Origin: a virus
Virus genome (UHGV): UHGV-0166775
DNA length: 10,793 bases
Strand: one strand, 5' to 3'
Position 1 is the first letter of the stretch. Each line of letters starts with the position of its first letter. Position numbers and translations under genes: made by a program. A model generated the notes under the pieces. That model did not search any database. It was not told where the DNA came from and worked only from the letters and a program-made list of their open reading frames with translations. This document shows positions 1 through 10,754 of the stretch, piece after piece.

Positions 1-49
1 TCACTGGTATCCGGTCTGTTCTCCCGTCAGCGGGGAGGAGGAGGTGGTA

Positions 50-328
50 ATGGCAAATAATCTTCCCGGATTACTGAATGCGGCGTTGTGTACGGTTATC
101 GTGCTGACGCTTTTTTTCTACCGCAGAAAAGCGTCCCGACACAAACCGCTGATATCGTGGTGTGCCTGGTGTCTGATGCTGCTGTATGCGATAACGCCGT
201 TAAGTTATCTGTGTGGTCATCCCTTGCCGGCAGACTGGCTGGTGGTGGTGCTGAATCTGGTGTTTGGTGTTCTGGTGGTGCGTGCGCGCGGTAATGTTTC
301 AAAAATTTTTGCCTTACTGAGTGGCTGA
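50..328 (+). CDS. Putative class I holin, 92 aa with three predicted transmembrane segments
   Basis: ORF track 44..328; I place the start at ATG 50, preceded by a purine-rich SD (ggaggaggagg, 36-46). Three hydrophobic stretches (LLNAALCTVIVLTLFFY, LISWCAWCLMLLYAITPLSYL, WLVVVLNLVFGVLVV) with a charged C-terminus. Stop TGA 326-328 sits 1 nt before the endolysin ATG. Function inferred from size, topology and position, not from a recognised homolog. Confidence 0.6.
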   Translation: MANNLPGLLNAALCTVIVLTLFFYRRKASRHKPLISWCAWCLMLLYAITPLSYLCGHPLPADWLVVVLNLVFGVLVVRARGNVSKIFALLSG

Positions 329-329
329 T

Positions 330-875
330 ATGAAATCGAGAGATGAAGTTTTTGATGAAATCCTGGGAAAAGAGGGGGGCTACGTCAGTCACCCTGACGA
401 TACAGGTGGTGCAACGAAGTGGGGCATAACTGAAAAAGTGGCGCGGTCACATGGGTACCGTGGCGATATGCGTGATTTGAGCCGCGGGCAGGCGCTGGAA
501 ATTCTGGAGGCAGACTACTGGTACGGACCGAATTTCGACAAGGTGGCAAACCTGTCTGCGGACATTGCCGCAGAGCTTTGCGACACGGGCGTGAACATGG
601 GTCCGGCAGTTGCGGCAAAGATGCTTCAGCGCTGGCTGAATGTATTTAACCAGAAGGGGATGCTGTATCCGGACATGGATACAGACGGGTGTATCGGCCC
701 ACGAACCATTAACGCACTACGCGTATTCCTGGAAAAACGCGGTAAAGATGGCGAACTGGTGATGCTGACAGCCCTGAACTGTACGCAGGGTGAGCGTTAT
801 CTGGCGCTGGCAGAGAAACGCGAGGCTAACGAGTCGTTTGTCTATGGCTGGATGAAAGAGCGCGTTGGTTTATAA
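330..875 (+). CDS. Endolysin, GH108-family N-acetylmuramidase with C-terminal peptidoglycan-binding domain
   Basis: ORF track 321..875 (GTG); I prefer ATG 330. N-terminus carries the EGGY signature (ILGKEGGYVSHPDDTGGATKWGIT) typical of glycoside hydrolase family 108 lysozymes such as phage N4 gp61. C-terminal half looks like a PG_binding_3-type domain. Sits directly after the holin. Confidence 0.8.
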   Translation: MKSRDEVFDEILGKEGGYVSHPDDTGGATKWGITEKVARSHGYRGDMRDLSRGQALEILEADYWYGPNFDKVANLSADIAAELCDTGVNMGPAVAAKMLQRWLNVFNQKGMLYPDMDTDGCIGPRTINALRVFLEKRGKDGELVMLTALNCTQGERYLALAEKREANESFVYGWMKERVGL

Positions 876-883
876 ACTCATCG

Positions 884-910
884 AAAAGGTCACTTCGGTG
901 GCTTTTTTAT
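884..910 (+). terminator. Intrinsic terminator-like hairpin after endolysin (UUCG tetraloop plus U-tract)
   Basis: Stem ggtcac (888-893) / gtggct (898-903) with two G-U pairs, loop ttcg (894-897), T-run 903-908. Confidence 0.5.
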
Positions 911-940
911 TGTTCAAAAAACGAAAGAACGGAGGTACGT

Positions 941-1222
941 ATGTACGCACTGAAAAAGATTACGGTAACTGAAGATGGTCGTCAGGTTGAGGAAGTGCAT
1001 GTCCTGGGGGATATGTATCGTATGGAGTTTTACCCGCGTAATACCCATCTGGCAGCAAAAATTGAGTATTGCCGGAACGGGAATATTTCATGTTTGCAGG
1101 TAGAGAAAACGGATGAGGCTTATATCACTACGCTGAACGGCGATACGATGCGTTGCATCTGTCGCGGCGACAGTAAAGCCCGGAATGAAATGGCCAGATG
1201 TCGTACTCATACCAGTGAATAA
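941..1222 (+). CDS. Hypothetical 93-aa cysteine-rich soluble protein (moron candidate)
   Basis: ATG 941 with strong SD (acggaggtacgt ATG). E. coli-like codon usage (ctg, cgt, ggt). No TM segment or signal peptide; five Cys (C44, C51, C72, C74, C87). I do not recognise the family. Occupies the position where Rz/Rz1 spanins sit in lambda. Confidence 0.5.
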   Translation: MYALKKITVTEDGRQVEEVHVLGDMYRMEFYPRNTHLAAKIEYCRNGNISCLQVEKTDEAYITTLNGDTMRCICRGDSKARNEMARCRTHTSE

Positions 1223-1267
1223 CAAGTAAAACCCCGGCGGCTGAAACAACCAAGGGGTTAACAGTGT

Positions 1268-1295
1268 AAATAAAACTGCCCATATTGATGGGCAG
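1268..1295 (-). terminator. Intrinsic terminator of bor (minus strand)
   Basis: Perfect 8-bp stem ctgcccat (1276-1283) / atgggcag (1288-1295), loop attg. On the minus strand it is followed by TTTTATTT (plus 1268-1275), 10 nt downstream of the bor stop. Confidence 0.6.
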
Positions 1296-1304
1296 CGCAT
1301 GTAA

Positions 1305-1598
1305 TTATTGTGAGCAATAGACCCGAGCTTCAAGCGGAGTATAAATGCCTAAAGTAATAAAACCGAGCAATCCATTTACGAATGTTTGCTGGGTTTCAGT
1401 TTTAACAACTTTATCTGCGCCACCACAAATTTTGGCTGCATCGACAGTTTTCTTCTGACCAATTCCTGAAACGAAGAAATGATGAGTGATGGTTTCCTTC
1501 GGTGTTACTGTTGTAGGTTTGTTTTCAACTGTAAACGTCTGTTGAGCACATCCAGAGATAAGCAGCGCCAGTGTGAAAGTGAGTAGCGTTTTTTTCAT
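1305..1598 (-). CDS. bor: Bor outer-membrane lipoprotein (serum-resistance protein, Iss family)
   Basis: 97 aa. MKKTLLTFTLALLISGCAQQTFTV... matches lambda Bor almost residue for residue from memory, including lipobox LISGC and C-terminus ARVYCSQ. Minus strand, opposite to the late operon, as in lambda. Confidence 0.93.
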   Translation of the reverse strand: MKKTLLTFTLALLISGCAQQTFTVENKPTTVTPKETITHHFFVSGIGQKKTVDAAKICGGADKVVKTETQQTFVNGLLGFITLGIYTPLEARVYCSQ

Positions 1599-1822
1599 CG
1601 TGTGATTCCCGTTGTGTTTTTAAGTTTGGTGCATCGTATTTGTGGAAATTTAAACAAAACCTAAACAATGAGTTGAAATCTCATATTGTTAATGTTTATT
1701 AAAGTATGCCAGATGTGCTGTATCTTTACTGTATACCCAGATTAACTATGGCCACAGCACCGACTGGTAACTCCTGTGTGGGAGTGCCGGCTACTGAGGC
1801 GGATCAAACCGGACGTTATGGT

Positions 1823-2233
1823 TTAGCGTGGAAAAATTTGAGTCGTGTTCTGGATGCTTTCGGTAAACAATAATGAGTTGTCAAAGGTATAGTAATATCT
1901 TTTGTGTTCGTGGATATTTGTAACCCATCGGAAAACTCCAGCTTTAGCCAGATTTACCCTGTATTCATGAAATGTGATTTCTCTTGATTTCAACTTATGA
2001 AGGTAAGTTTCTATAAGTCGCGTGTCTCTGCAAAAGCTAACATGAATAACATCATGGAAACCTTTTATTAACACCGTGTTATCGCTCTCAAATACAATGT
2101 GAATATTACCTGTGGCTAAATAGTAAATGTAATGTGAGACATTGTGGCGTTTTAGTTCAGAGTAAAACCGGTCACAGTTTAAATCTTTCCGCACTTGATC
2201 AAATATTTCTTTAAAAATGGCAACCTGAGCCAT
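1823..2233 (-). CDS. Hypothetical 136-aa protein in AT-rich accessory island; possibly YbcV/YdfO-like (DUF1398) prophage protein
   Basis: ORF on minus strand with ATG at 2231-2233 and an SD-like aagggga upstream (rc of 2239-2245). AT-rich codon usage unlike the neighbouring head genes. Same orientation and position relative to bor as borD-ybcV in the DLP12 prophage. Family assignment is from memory of gene order and size only, not verified at sequence level. Confidence 0.6.
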   Translation of the reverse strand: MAQVAIFKEIFDQVRKDLNCDRFYSELKRHNVSHYIYYLATGNIHIVFESDNTVLIKGFHDVIHVSFCRDTRLIETYLHKLKSREITFHEYRVNLAKAGVFRWVTNIHEHKRYYYTFDNSLLFTESIQNTTQIFPR

Positions 2234-2407
2234 CAGTATCCCCTTGTATATGATATGAGGGGCGTAGTCTGCATGAGTGCTTTTAATACTGCAATCTGGT
2301 CAGATGTCTTTATCGTATATTGATGATTATTGTCGGATAGTATGAGGTTTTCTCAACGCATGGAAATACCGGAAGGTGCGAAAATTACTAAGTAAGAAGA
2401 GTTACAT

Positions 2408-2432
2408 AAGCCCTTCATACAGTGAAGGGCTT
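2408..2432. repeat. Perfect 10-bp inverted repeat (stem-loop) aagcccttca-tacag-tgaagggctt
   Basis: Arms 2408-2417 and 2423-2432 are exact reverse complements with a 5-nt loop. No adjacent U-tract on either strand. Confidence 0.5.
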
Positions 2433-2508
2433 CTGTAATCTTAGAAATAAAAAACCGGTCATAGGGAGCTACACAGAACCGGTCGGCGAAGACCGCCAAT
2501 ACCACCCA

Positions 2509-2520
2509 TGCATCGATGCA
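2509..2520. repeat. 12-bp perfect palindrome tgcatcgatgca
   Basis: Self-complementary 12-mer. A partial copy atgcatcga recurs at 2564-2572. A second palindrome caatagc-t-gctattg lies at 2533-2547. Confidence 0.4.
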
Positions 2521-2843
2521 ACATACTAATGACAATAGCTGCTATTGATGTAAATGCAATGTTATGCATCGACGAAAATAAAAAACCGGCAGGGGAAATC
2601 CATTGAAGACTTGCCGGTGGCAAAAGTTGCCAATGCTTTTATAACCGTAGTCACAGAGTTACGAAGTGCAACACCGAATGCTGCTGGTATATGGATGAAT
2701 GGCGTTTCAATGATGTGCATCATTCAAATCACAAATAGTATTGATACTTATTCTCGGTTTTGCGGGTCCTTTCCGGTGATCCGGCAGGCTACGGGGCGGC
2801 GACCTCGCGGGTTTTCGCTATTTACGAGTTTTTTTGAGGTGAT

Positions 2844-2852
2844 GGTTGTTGT
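2844..2852 (+). repeat. cosB repeat 1 (GGTTGTTGT), candidate small-terminase binding element
   Basis: 9-bp core ggttgttgt, about 39 bp downstream of the cosN overhang. Confidence 0.4.
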
Positions 2853-2902
2853 TTTATCGTTTGATATATCTACTTGATAAGTAATAAGAAAGAAAAATAA
2901 AC

Positions 2903-2911
2903 ACAACAACC
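2903..2911 (-). repeat. cosB repeat 2 (GGTTGTTGT on minus strand; inverted)
   Basis: Plus-strand acaacaacc is the reverse complement of the core. Flanks resemble the other copies (ggttgttgtgtt on minus). Confidence 0.4.
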
Positions 2912-2968
2912 TGATGATCTTTCTTATACGAAAAAGCATGTAAAATCAGAGGGTTTTACAAAAAACGT

Positions 2969-2977
2969 GGTTGTTGT
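2969..2977 (+). repeat. cosB repeat 3 (GGTTGTTGT), immediately upstream of Nu1 start
   Basis: Third copy of the same 9-mer in direct orientation. Arrangement direct-inverted-direct between cosN and the Nu1 start is reminiscent of lambda R3/R2/R1. Confidence 0.4.
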
Positions 2978-3010
2978 ATTGCTTTTTTGCCGGTGGTTTA
3001 TGGAGGGGCT

Positions 3011-3488
3011 GTGGCCTTTTTATTGAATAAAAGCGACATGGCCTCCTCCATCGGTATCTCAGTACAGGCATTTGATAAATGGGGTGTTCCTCCTGTTGAG
3101 CGCCGGGGGAGAGAGGTTTTCTATGACGTTAAAACTGTACTGGAGATAGATCGCGAGCGACGTCAACAAAACCAGAAATCTTCAGGTGGTGAAAATGATC
3201 TTGAGGAAAGGCTACTTCAGGCCAGGGTTAACCTGACGGAAGAACAGGCTATTGCTCAGCGGTTAAAAAACCAGGTTGCAGAGCATAAGGTGATTGATAC
3301 AGCTTTCTCTATTTTTGCCCTGTCCCGGTTATCCGGAGAACTGGCATCTGTTTTGGACAGTATTCCGCTTTCGATGCAAAGAAAATTCCCTGAATTGACA
3401 GGCAGACAATTGGCTTATCTAAAAGAGCTGGTTGCGAAGGGGGCTAATAAATGCGTTGAGTCCGCTGAAAAAATGAAGGAATTTGCGG

Positions 3489-3517
<29 letters not shown>
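3011..3517 (+). CDS. nu1: Terminase small subunit (Nu1-like), divergent N-terminal wHTH domain
   Basis: ORF track 2987..3517 (TTG). I favour GTG 3011 because of the SD ggagg at 3002-3006; the start is uncertain. NKSDMASSIGISVQAFDKW aligns with lambda Nu1 NKKQLADIFGASIRTIQNW. The middle DTAFSIFALSRLSGELASVLDSIPLSMQRKFPEL is close to lambda ETAFCTFVLSRIAGEIASILDGLPLSVQRRFPEL. The C-terminal ~35 residues are unlike lambda. Confidence 0.8.
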
Positions 3518-7195
<3,678 letters not shown>

Positions 7196-7215
<20 letters not shown>

Positions 7216-8515
7216 TCTCCCGCATATTGCCAGCATGGCCTTTAATGAGCCGCTGATGCTTGAACCCGCCTATGCGCGGGTTTTCTTTTGTGCGCTAGCA
7301 GGCCAGCTTGGGATCAGCCGCCTGACAAATGCGGTGTCCGGTGACAGCCTGACTGCCCCGGAGACACCCGCGACGCTGGCGTTATCCGGTGATGATGACG
7401 GACCACGACAGGCCCGCAGTTATCAGGTCATGAACGGCATCGCCGTGCTGCCGGTGTCCGGCACGCTGGTCAGCCGGACGCGGGCGCTGCAGCCGTATTC
7501 GGGGATGACCGGTTACAACGGCATTATCGCCCGTCTGCAACAGGCTGCCAGCGATCCGATGGTGGACGGCATTCTGCTCGATATGGACACGCCCGGCGGG
7601 ATGGTGGCGGGGGCATTTGACTGCGCTGACATCATCGCCCGTGTGCGTGACATAAAACCGGTATGGGCGCTTGCCAACGACATGAACTGCAGTGCAGGTC
7701 AGTTGCTTGCCAGTGCCGCTTCCCGGCGTCTGGTCACGCAGACCGCCCGGACAGGCTCCATCGGCGTCATGATGGCTCACAGTAATTACGGTGCTGCGCT
7801 GGAGAAACAGGGCGTGGAAATCACGCTGATTTACAGCGGCAGCCATAAGGTGGATGGCAACCCCTACAGCCATCTTCCGGATGACGTCCGGGAAACACTG
7901 CAGTCCCGGATGGATGCAACCCGCCGGATGTTTGCGCAGAAAGTGTCGGCATATACCGGCCTGTCTGTGCAGGCTGTGCTGGATACCGAGGCTGCAGTGT
8001 ACAGCGGTCAGGAGGCCATTGATGCCGGACTGGCTGATGAACTTGTTAACAGTACCGATGCGATCACCGTCATGCGTGATGCACTGGATACACGTAAATC
8101 CCGTCTCTCAGGAGGGCGAATGACCAAAGAGACTCAAACAACAACTGTTTCAGCCACTGCTTCGCAGGCTGACGTTACTGACGTGGTGCCAGCGACGGAG
8201 GGCGAAAACGCCAGCGCTGCGCAGCCGGACGTGAACGCGCAGATCACCGCAGCGGTTGCGGCAGAAAACAGCCGCATTATGGGGATCCTCAACTGTGAGG
8301 AGGCTCACGGACGCGAAGAACAGGCATGCGTGCTGGCCGAAACCCCCGGTATGATCGTGGAAACGGCCCGCCGTATTCTGGCCGCAGCACCACAGAGTGC
8401 ACAGGCGCGCAGTGACACTGCGCTGGATCGTCTGATGCAGGGGGCACCGGCGCCGCTGGCTGCAGGTAACCCGGCATCTGATGCCGTTAACGATTTGCTG
8501 AACACACCAGTGTAA
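7196..8515 (+). CDS. C: Prohead protease / minor capsid protein gpC
   Basis: ORF track 7061..8515 is an upstream in-frame extension. The lambda-equivalent start is GTG 7196 (VTAELRNLPHIASMAFNEPLMLEP...), overlapping the 3' end of B by 20 nt exactly as in lambda. 439 aa. Confidence 0.9.
7910..8515 (+). CDS. nu3: Scaffolding protein Nu3 (in-frame internal start within C)
   Basis: ATG 7910 is in frame with C, 714 nt into it, the same offset as lambda Nu3 within C. Begins MDATRRMFAQKV. Confidence 0.75.
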   Translation: MDATRRMFAQKVSAYTGLSVQAVLDTEAAVYSGQEAIDAGLADELVNSTDAITVMRDALDTRKSRLSGGRMTKETQTTTVSATASQADVTDVVPATEGENASAAQPDVNAQITAAVAAENSRIMGILNCEEAHGREEQACVLAETPGMIVETARRILAAAPQSAQARSDTALDRLMQGAPAPLAAGNPASDAVNDLLNTPV

Positions 8516-8524
8516 GGGATGTTT

Positions 8525-8857
8525 ATGACGAGCAAAGAAACCTTTACCCATTACCAGCCGCTGGGCAACAGTGACCCGGCTCATACCGCAACCGCGCCCG
8601 GCGTATTGAGTGCGAAAGCGCCTGCAATGACCCCGCTGATGCTGGACACCTCCACCCGTAAGCTGGTTGCGTGGGATGGCACAACCGACGGTGCTGCCGT
8701 TGGCATTCTTGCAGTTGCTGCTGACCAGACCAGCACCACACTGACGTTCTACAAGTCCGGCACGTTCCGTTATGAGGATGTGCTCTGGCCGGAGGCTGCC
8801 AGCGACGAGACGAAAAAACGGACCGCGTTTGCCGGAACGGCAATCAGCATCGTTTAA
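8525..8857 (+). CDS. D: Head decoration protein gpD
   Basis: 110 aa from the second ATG ([26 protein letters not shown]...), near-identical to lambda D. ORF track start 8519 adds two residues. Confidence 0.93.
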   Translation: MTSKETFTHYQPLGNSDPAHTATAPGVLSAKAPAMTPLMLDTSTRKLVAWDGTTDGAAVGILAVAADQTSTTLTFYKSGTFRYEDVLWPEAASDETKKRTAFAGTAISIV

Positions 8858-8874
8858 CTTTACCCTTCATCACT

Positions 8875-8899
8875 AAAGGCCGCCTGTGCGGCTTTTTTT
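8875..8899 (+). terminator. Terminator-like GC hairpin plus T7 tract between D and E
   Basis: Stem gccgc (8879-8883) / gcggc (8888-8892), loop ctgt, followed by ttttttt (8893-8899). The a-t pairs a8875-a8877 with t8894-t8896 could extend the stem. Confidence 0.45.
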
Positions 8900-8912
8900 A
8901 CGGGATTTTTTT

Positions 8913-9938
8913 ATGTCGATGTACACAACCGCCCAGCTGCTGGCGGCAAATGAGCAGAAATTTAAGTTTGATCCGCTATTTCTGCGTCTCTTTTTCCGTG
9001 AGAGCTATCCCTTCACTACGGAGAAAGTCTATCTCTCACAAATTCCGGGACTGGTAAACATGGCGCTGTACGTTTCGCCGATTGTTTCCGGTGAGGTTAT
9101 CCGTTCCCGTGGCGGCTCCACCTCTGAATTTACGCCGGGATATGTCAAACCCAAGCATGAAGTGAATCCGCAGATGACCCTGCGTCGCCTGCCGGATGAA
9201 GATCCGCAGAATCTGGCGGACCCGGCTTACCGCCGCCGTCGCATCATCATGCAGAACATGCGTGACGAAGAGCTGGCCATTGCTCAGGTCGAAGAGATGC
9301 AGGCAGTTTCTGCCGTGCTTAAGGGCAAATACACCATGACCGGTGAAGCCTTCGATCCGGTTGAGGTGGATATGGGCCGCAGTGAGGAGAATAACATCAC
9401 GCAGTCCGGCGGCACGGAGTGGAGCAAGCGTGACAAGTCCACGTATGACCCGACCGACGATATCGAAGCCTACGCGCTGAACGCCAGCGGTGTGGTGAAT
9501 ATCATCGTGTTCGATCCGAAAGGCTGGGCGCTGTTCCGTTCCTTCAAAGCCGTCAGGGAGAAGCTGGATACCCGTCGTGGCTCTCATTCCGAGCTGGAGA
9601 CAGCGGTGAAAGACCTGGGTAAAGCGGTGTCTTATAAGGGAATGTATGGCGATGTGGCCATCGTCGTGTATTCCGGACAGTACGTGGAAAACGGCGTCAA
9701 AAAGAACTTCCTGCCGGACAACACGATGGTGCTGGGGAACACTCAGGCACGCGGTCTGCGCACCTATGGCTGCATTCAGGATGCGGACGCACAGCGCGAA
9801 GGCATTAACGCCTCTGCCCGTTACCCGAAAAACTGGGTGACCACCGGCGATCCGGCGCGTGAGTTCACCATGATTCAGTCAGCACCGCTGATGCTGCTGG
9901 CTGACCCTGATGAGTTCGTGTCCGTACAACTGGCGTAA
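8913..9938 (+). CDS. E: Major capsid protein gpE
   Basis: 341 aa from ATG 8913 (MSMYTTAQLLAANEQKFKFDPLFLRLFFRESYPF...), near-identical to lambda E. ORF track start 8886 is an upstream GTG extension. Confidence 0.95.
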   Translation: MSMYTTAQLLAANEQKFKFDPLFLRLFFRESYPFTTEKVYLSQIPGLVNMALYVSPIVSGEVIRSRGGSTSEFTPGYVKPKHEVNPQMTLRRLPDEDPQNLADPAYRRRRIIMQNMRDEELAIAQVEEMQAVSAVLKGKYTMTGEAFDPVEVDMGRSEENNITQSGGTEWSKRDKSTYDPTDDIEAYALNASGVVNIIVFDPKGWALFRSFKAVREKLDTRRGSHSELETAVKDLGKAVSYKGMYGDVAIVVYSGQYVENGVKKNFLPDNTMVLGNTQARGLRTYGCIQDADAQREGINASARYPKNWVTTGDPAREFTMIQSAPLMLLADPDEFVSVQLA

Positions 9939-9979
9939 TCATGGCCCTTCGGGGCCATTGTTTCTCTGTGGAGGAGTCC

Positions 9980-10378
9980 ATGACGAAAGATGAACTGATT
10001 GCCCGTCTCCGCTCGCTGGGTGAACAACTGAACCGTGATGTCAGCCTGACGGGGACGAAAGAAGAACTGGCGCTCCGTGTGGCAGAGCTGGAAGAGGAGC
10101 TTGATGACACGGATGAAACTTCCGGTCAGGACACCCCTCTCAGCCGGGAAAATGTGCTGACCGGACATGAAAATGAGGTGGGATCAGCGCAGCCGGATAC
10201 CGTGATTCTGGATACGTCTGAACTGGTCACGGTCGTGGCACTGGTGAAGCTGCATACTGATGCACTTCACGCCACGCGGGATGAACCTGTGGCATTTGTG
10301 CTGCCGGGAACGGCGTTTCGTGTCTCTGCCGGTGTGGCAGCCGAAATGACAGAGCGCGGCCTGGCCAGAATGCAATAA
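9980..10378 (+). CDS. FI: DNA packaging / head assembly protein gpFI
   Basis: 132 aa from ATG 9980 (MTKDELIARLRSLGEQLNRDVSLTG...) with SD gaggag at 9971-9976. Matches lambda FI from memory. Confidence 0.93.
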   Translation: MTKDELIARLRSLGEQLNRDVSLTGTKEELALRVAELEEELDDTDETSGQDTPLSRENVLTGHENEVGSAQPDTVILDTSELVTVVALVKLHTDALHATRDEPVAFVLPGTAFRVSAGVAAEMTERGLARMQ

Positions 10379-10389
10379 CGGGAGGCGCT

Positions 10390-10743
10390 GTGGCTGATTT
10401 CGATAACCTGTTCGATGCTGCCATTGCCCGCGCCGATGAAACGATACGCGGGTACATGGGAACGTCAGCCACCATGACATCCGGTGAGCAGTCAGGTGCG
10501 GTGATACGTGGTGTTTTTGATGACCCTGAAAATATCAGCTATGCCGGACAGGGCGTGCGCGTTGAAGGCTCCAGCCCGTCCCTGTTTGTCCGGACTGATG
10601 AGGTGCGGCAGCTGCGGCGTGGAGACACGCTGACCATCGGTGAGGAAAATTTCTGGGTAGATCGGGTTTCGCCGGATGATGGCGGAAGTTGTCATCTCTG
10701 GCTTGGACGGGGCGTACCGCCTGCCGTTAACCGTCGCCGCTGA
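10390..10743 (+). CDS. FII: Head-tail connector protein gpFII
   Basis: 117 aa, GTG start after SD ggagg (10381-10385). MADFDNLFDAAIARADETIRGYMGTSAT..., near-identical to lambda FII. Confidence 0.93.
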   Translation: MADFDNLFDAAIARADETIRGYMGTSATMTSGEQSGAVIRGVFDDPENISYAGQGVRVEGSSPSLFVRTDEVRQLRRGDTLTIGEENFWVDRVSPDDGGSCHLWLGRGVPPAVNRRR

Positions 10744-10754
10744 AAGGGGGATGT

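Larger units (their letters stand above)
2764..2985 (+). other. cos: cos site region: cosQ-like sequence, cosN (12-nt cohesive end GGGCGGCGACCT at 2794-2805) and divergent cosB
   Basis: gggtcctttccggtgatccggcaggctacg | GGGCGGCGACCT | cgcgggttttcgctattta matches the lambda right-end/left-end junction from memory. Sequence downstream of cgctattta (from about 2826) differs from lambda cosB. Confidence 0.85.

Noticed and set aside
44-52. Dual-start holin/antiholin motif (GTG 44 and ATG 50, reading M-V-M)
   Set aside because: There is no positively charged residue between the two starts, as there is in lambda S107/S105, and GTG 44 sits inside the SD. Not supportable from sequence.
88-392. Alternative-frame ORFs 88..294 (+) and 96..392 (-) overlapping the holin
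   Set aside because: The 44..328 frame gives a coherent three-TM membrane protein coupled to the endolysin; the others show no such features.
1088-1333. 81-aa minus-strand ORF overlapping the 93-aa ORF, the bor terminator and the bor 3' end
   Set aside because: It overlaps a same-strand gene (bor) in another frame and has no SD. The + strand ORF 941..1222 has a strong SD and better codon usage.
1700-1740. Possible LexA (SOS) box around ctgtatctttactgtatac
   Set aside because: CTGT is present twice, but no CTGT-N8-ACAG arrangement exists.
2353-2535. 60-aa minus-strand ORF in the structured AT-rich region
   Set aside because: Starts at a TTG with no SD and overlaps the perfect hairpin and palindromes. 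More likely non-coding.
2400-2760. tRNA gene or CRISPR array in the non-coding stretch
   Set aside because: No GTTCRANYC T-loop motif or cloverleaf arrangement seen, and the repeats are too few and irregular for a CRISPR array.
2554-2877. 107-aa + strand ORF
   Set aside because: It runs straight across cosQ/cosN into cosB, starts with no SD and has no recognisable protein features. Most likely a chance ORF in non-coding DNA.
2748-2939. 63-aa minus-strand ORF
   Set aside because: Spans cosN and the cosB repeats. Chance ORF.
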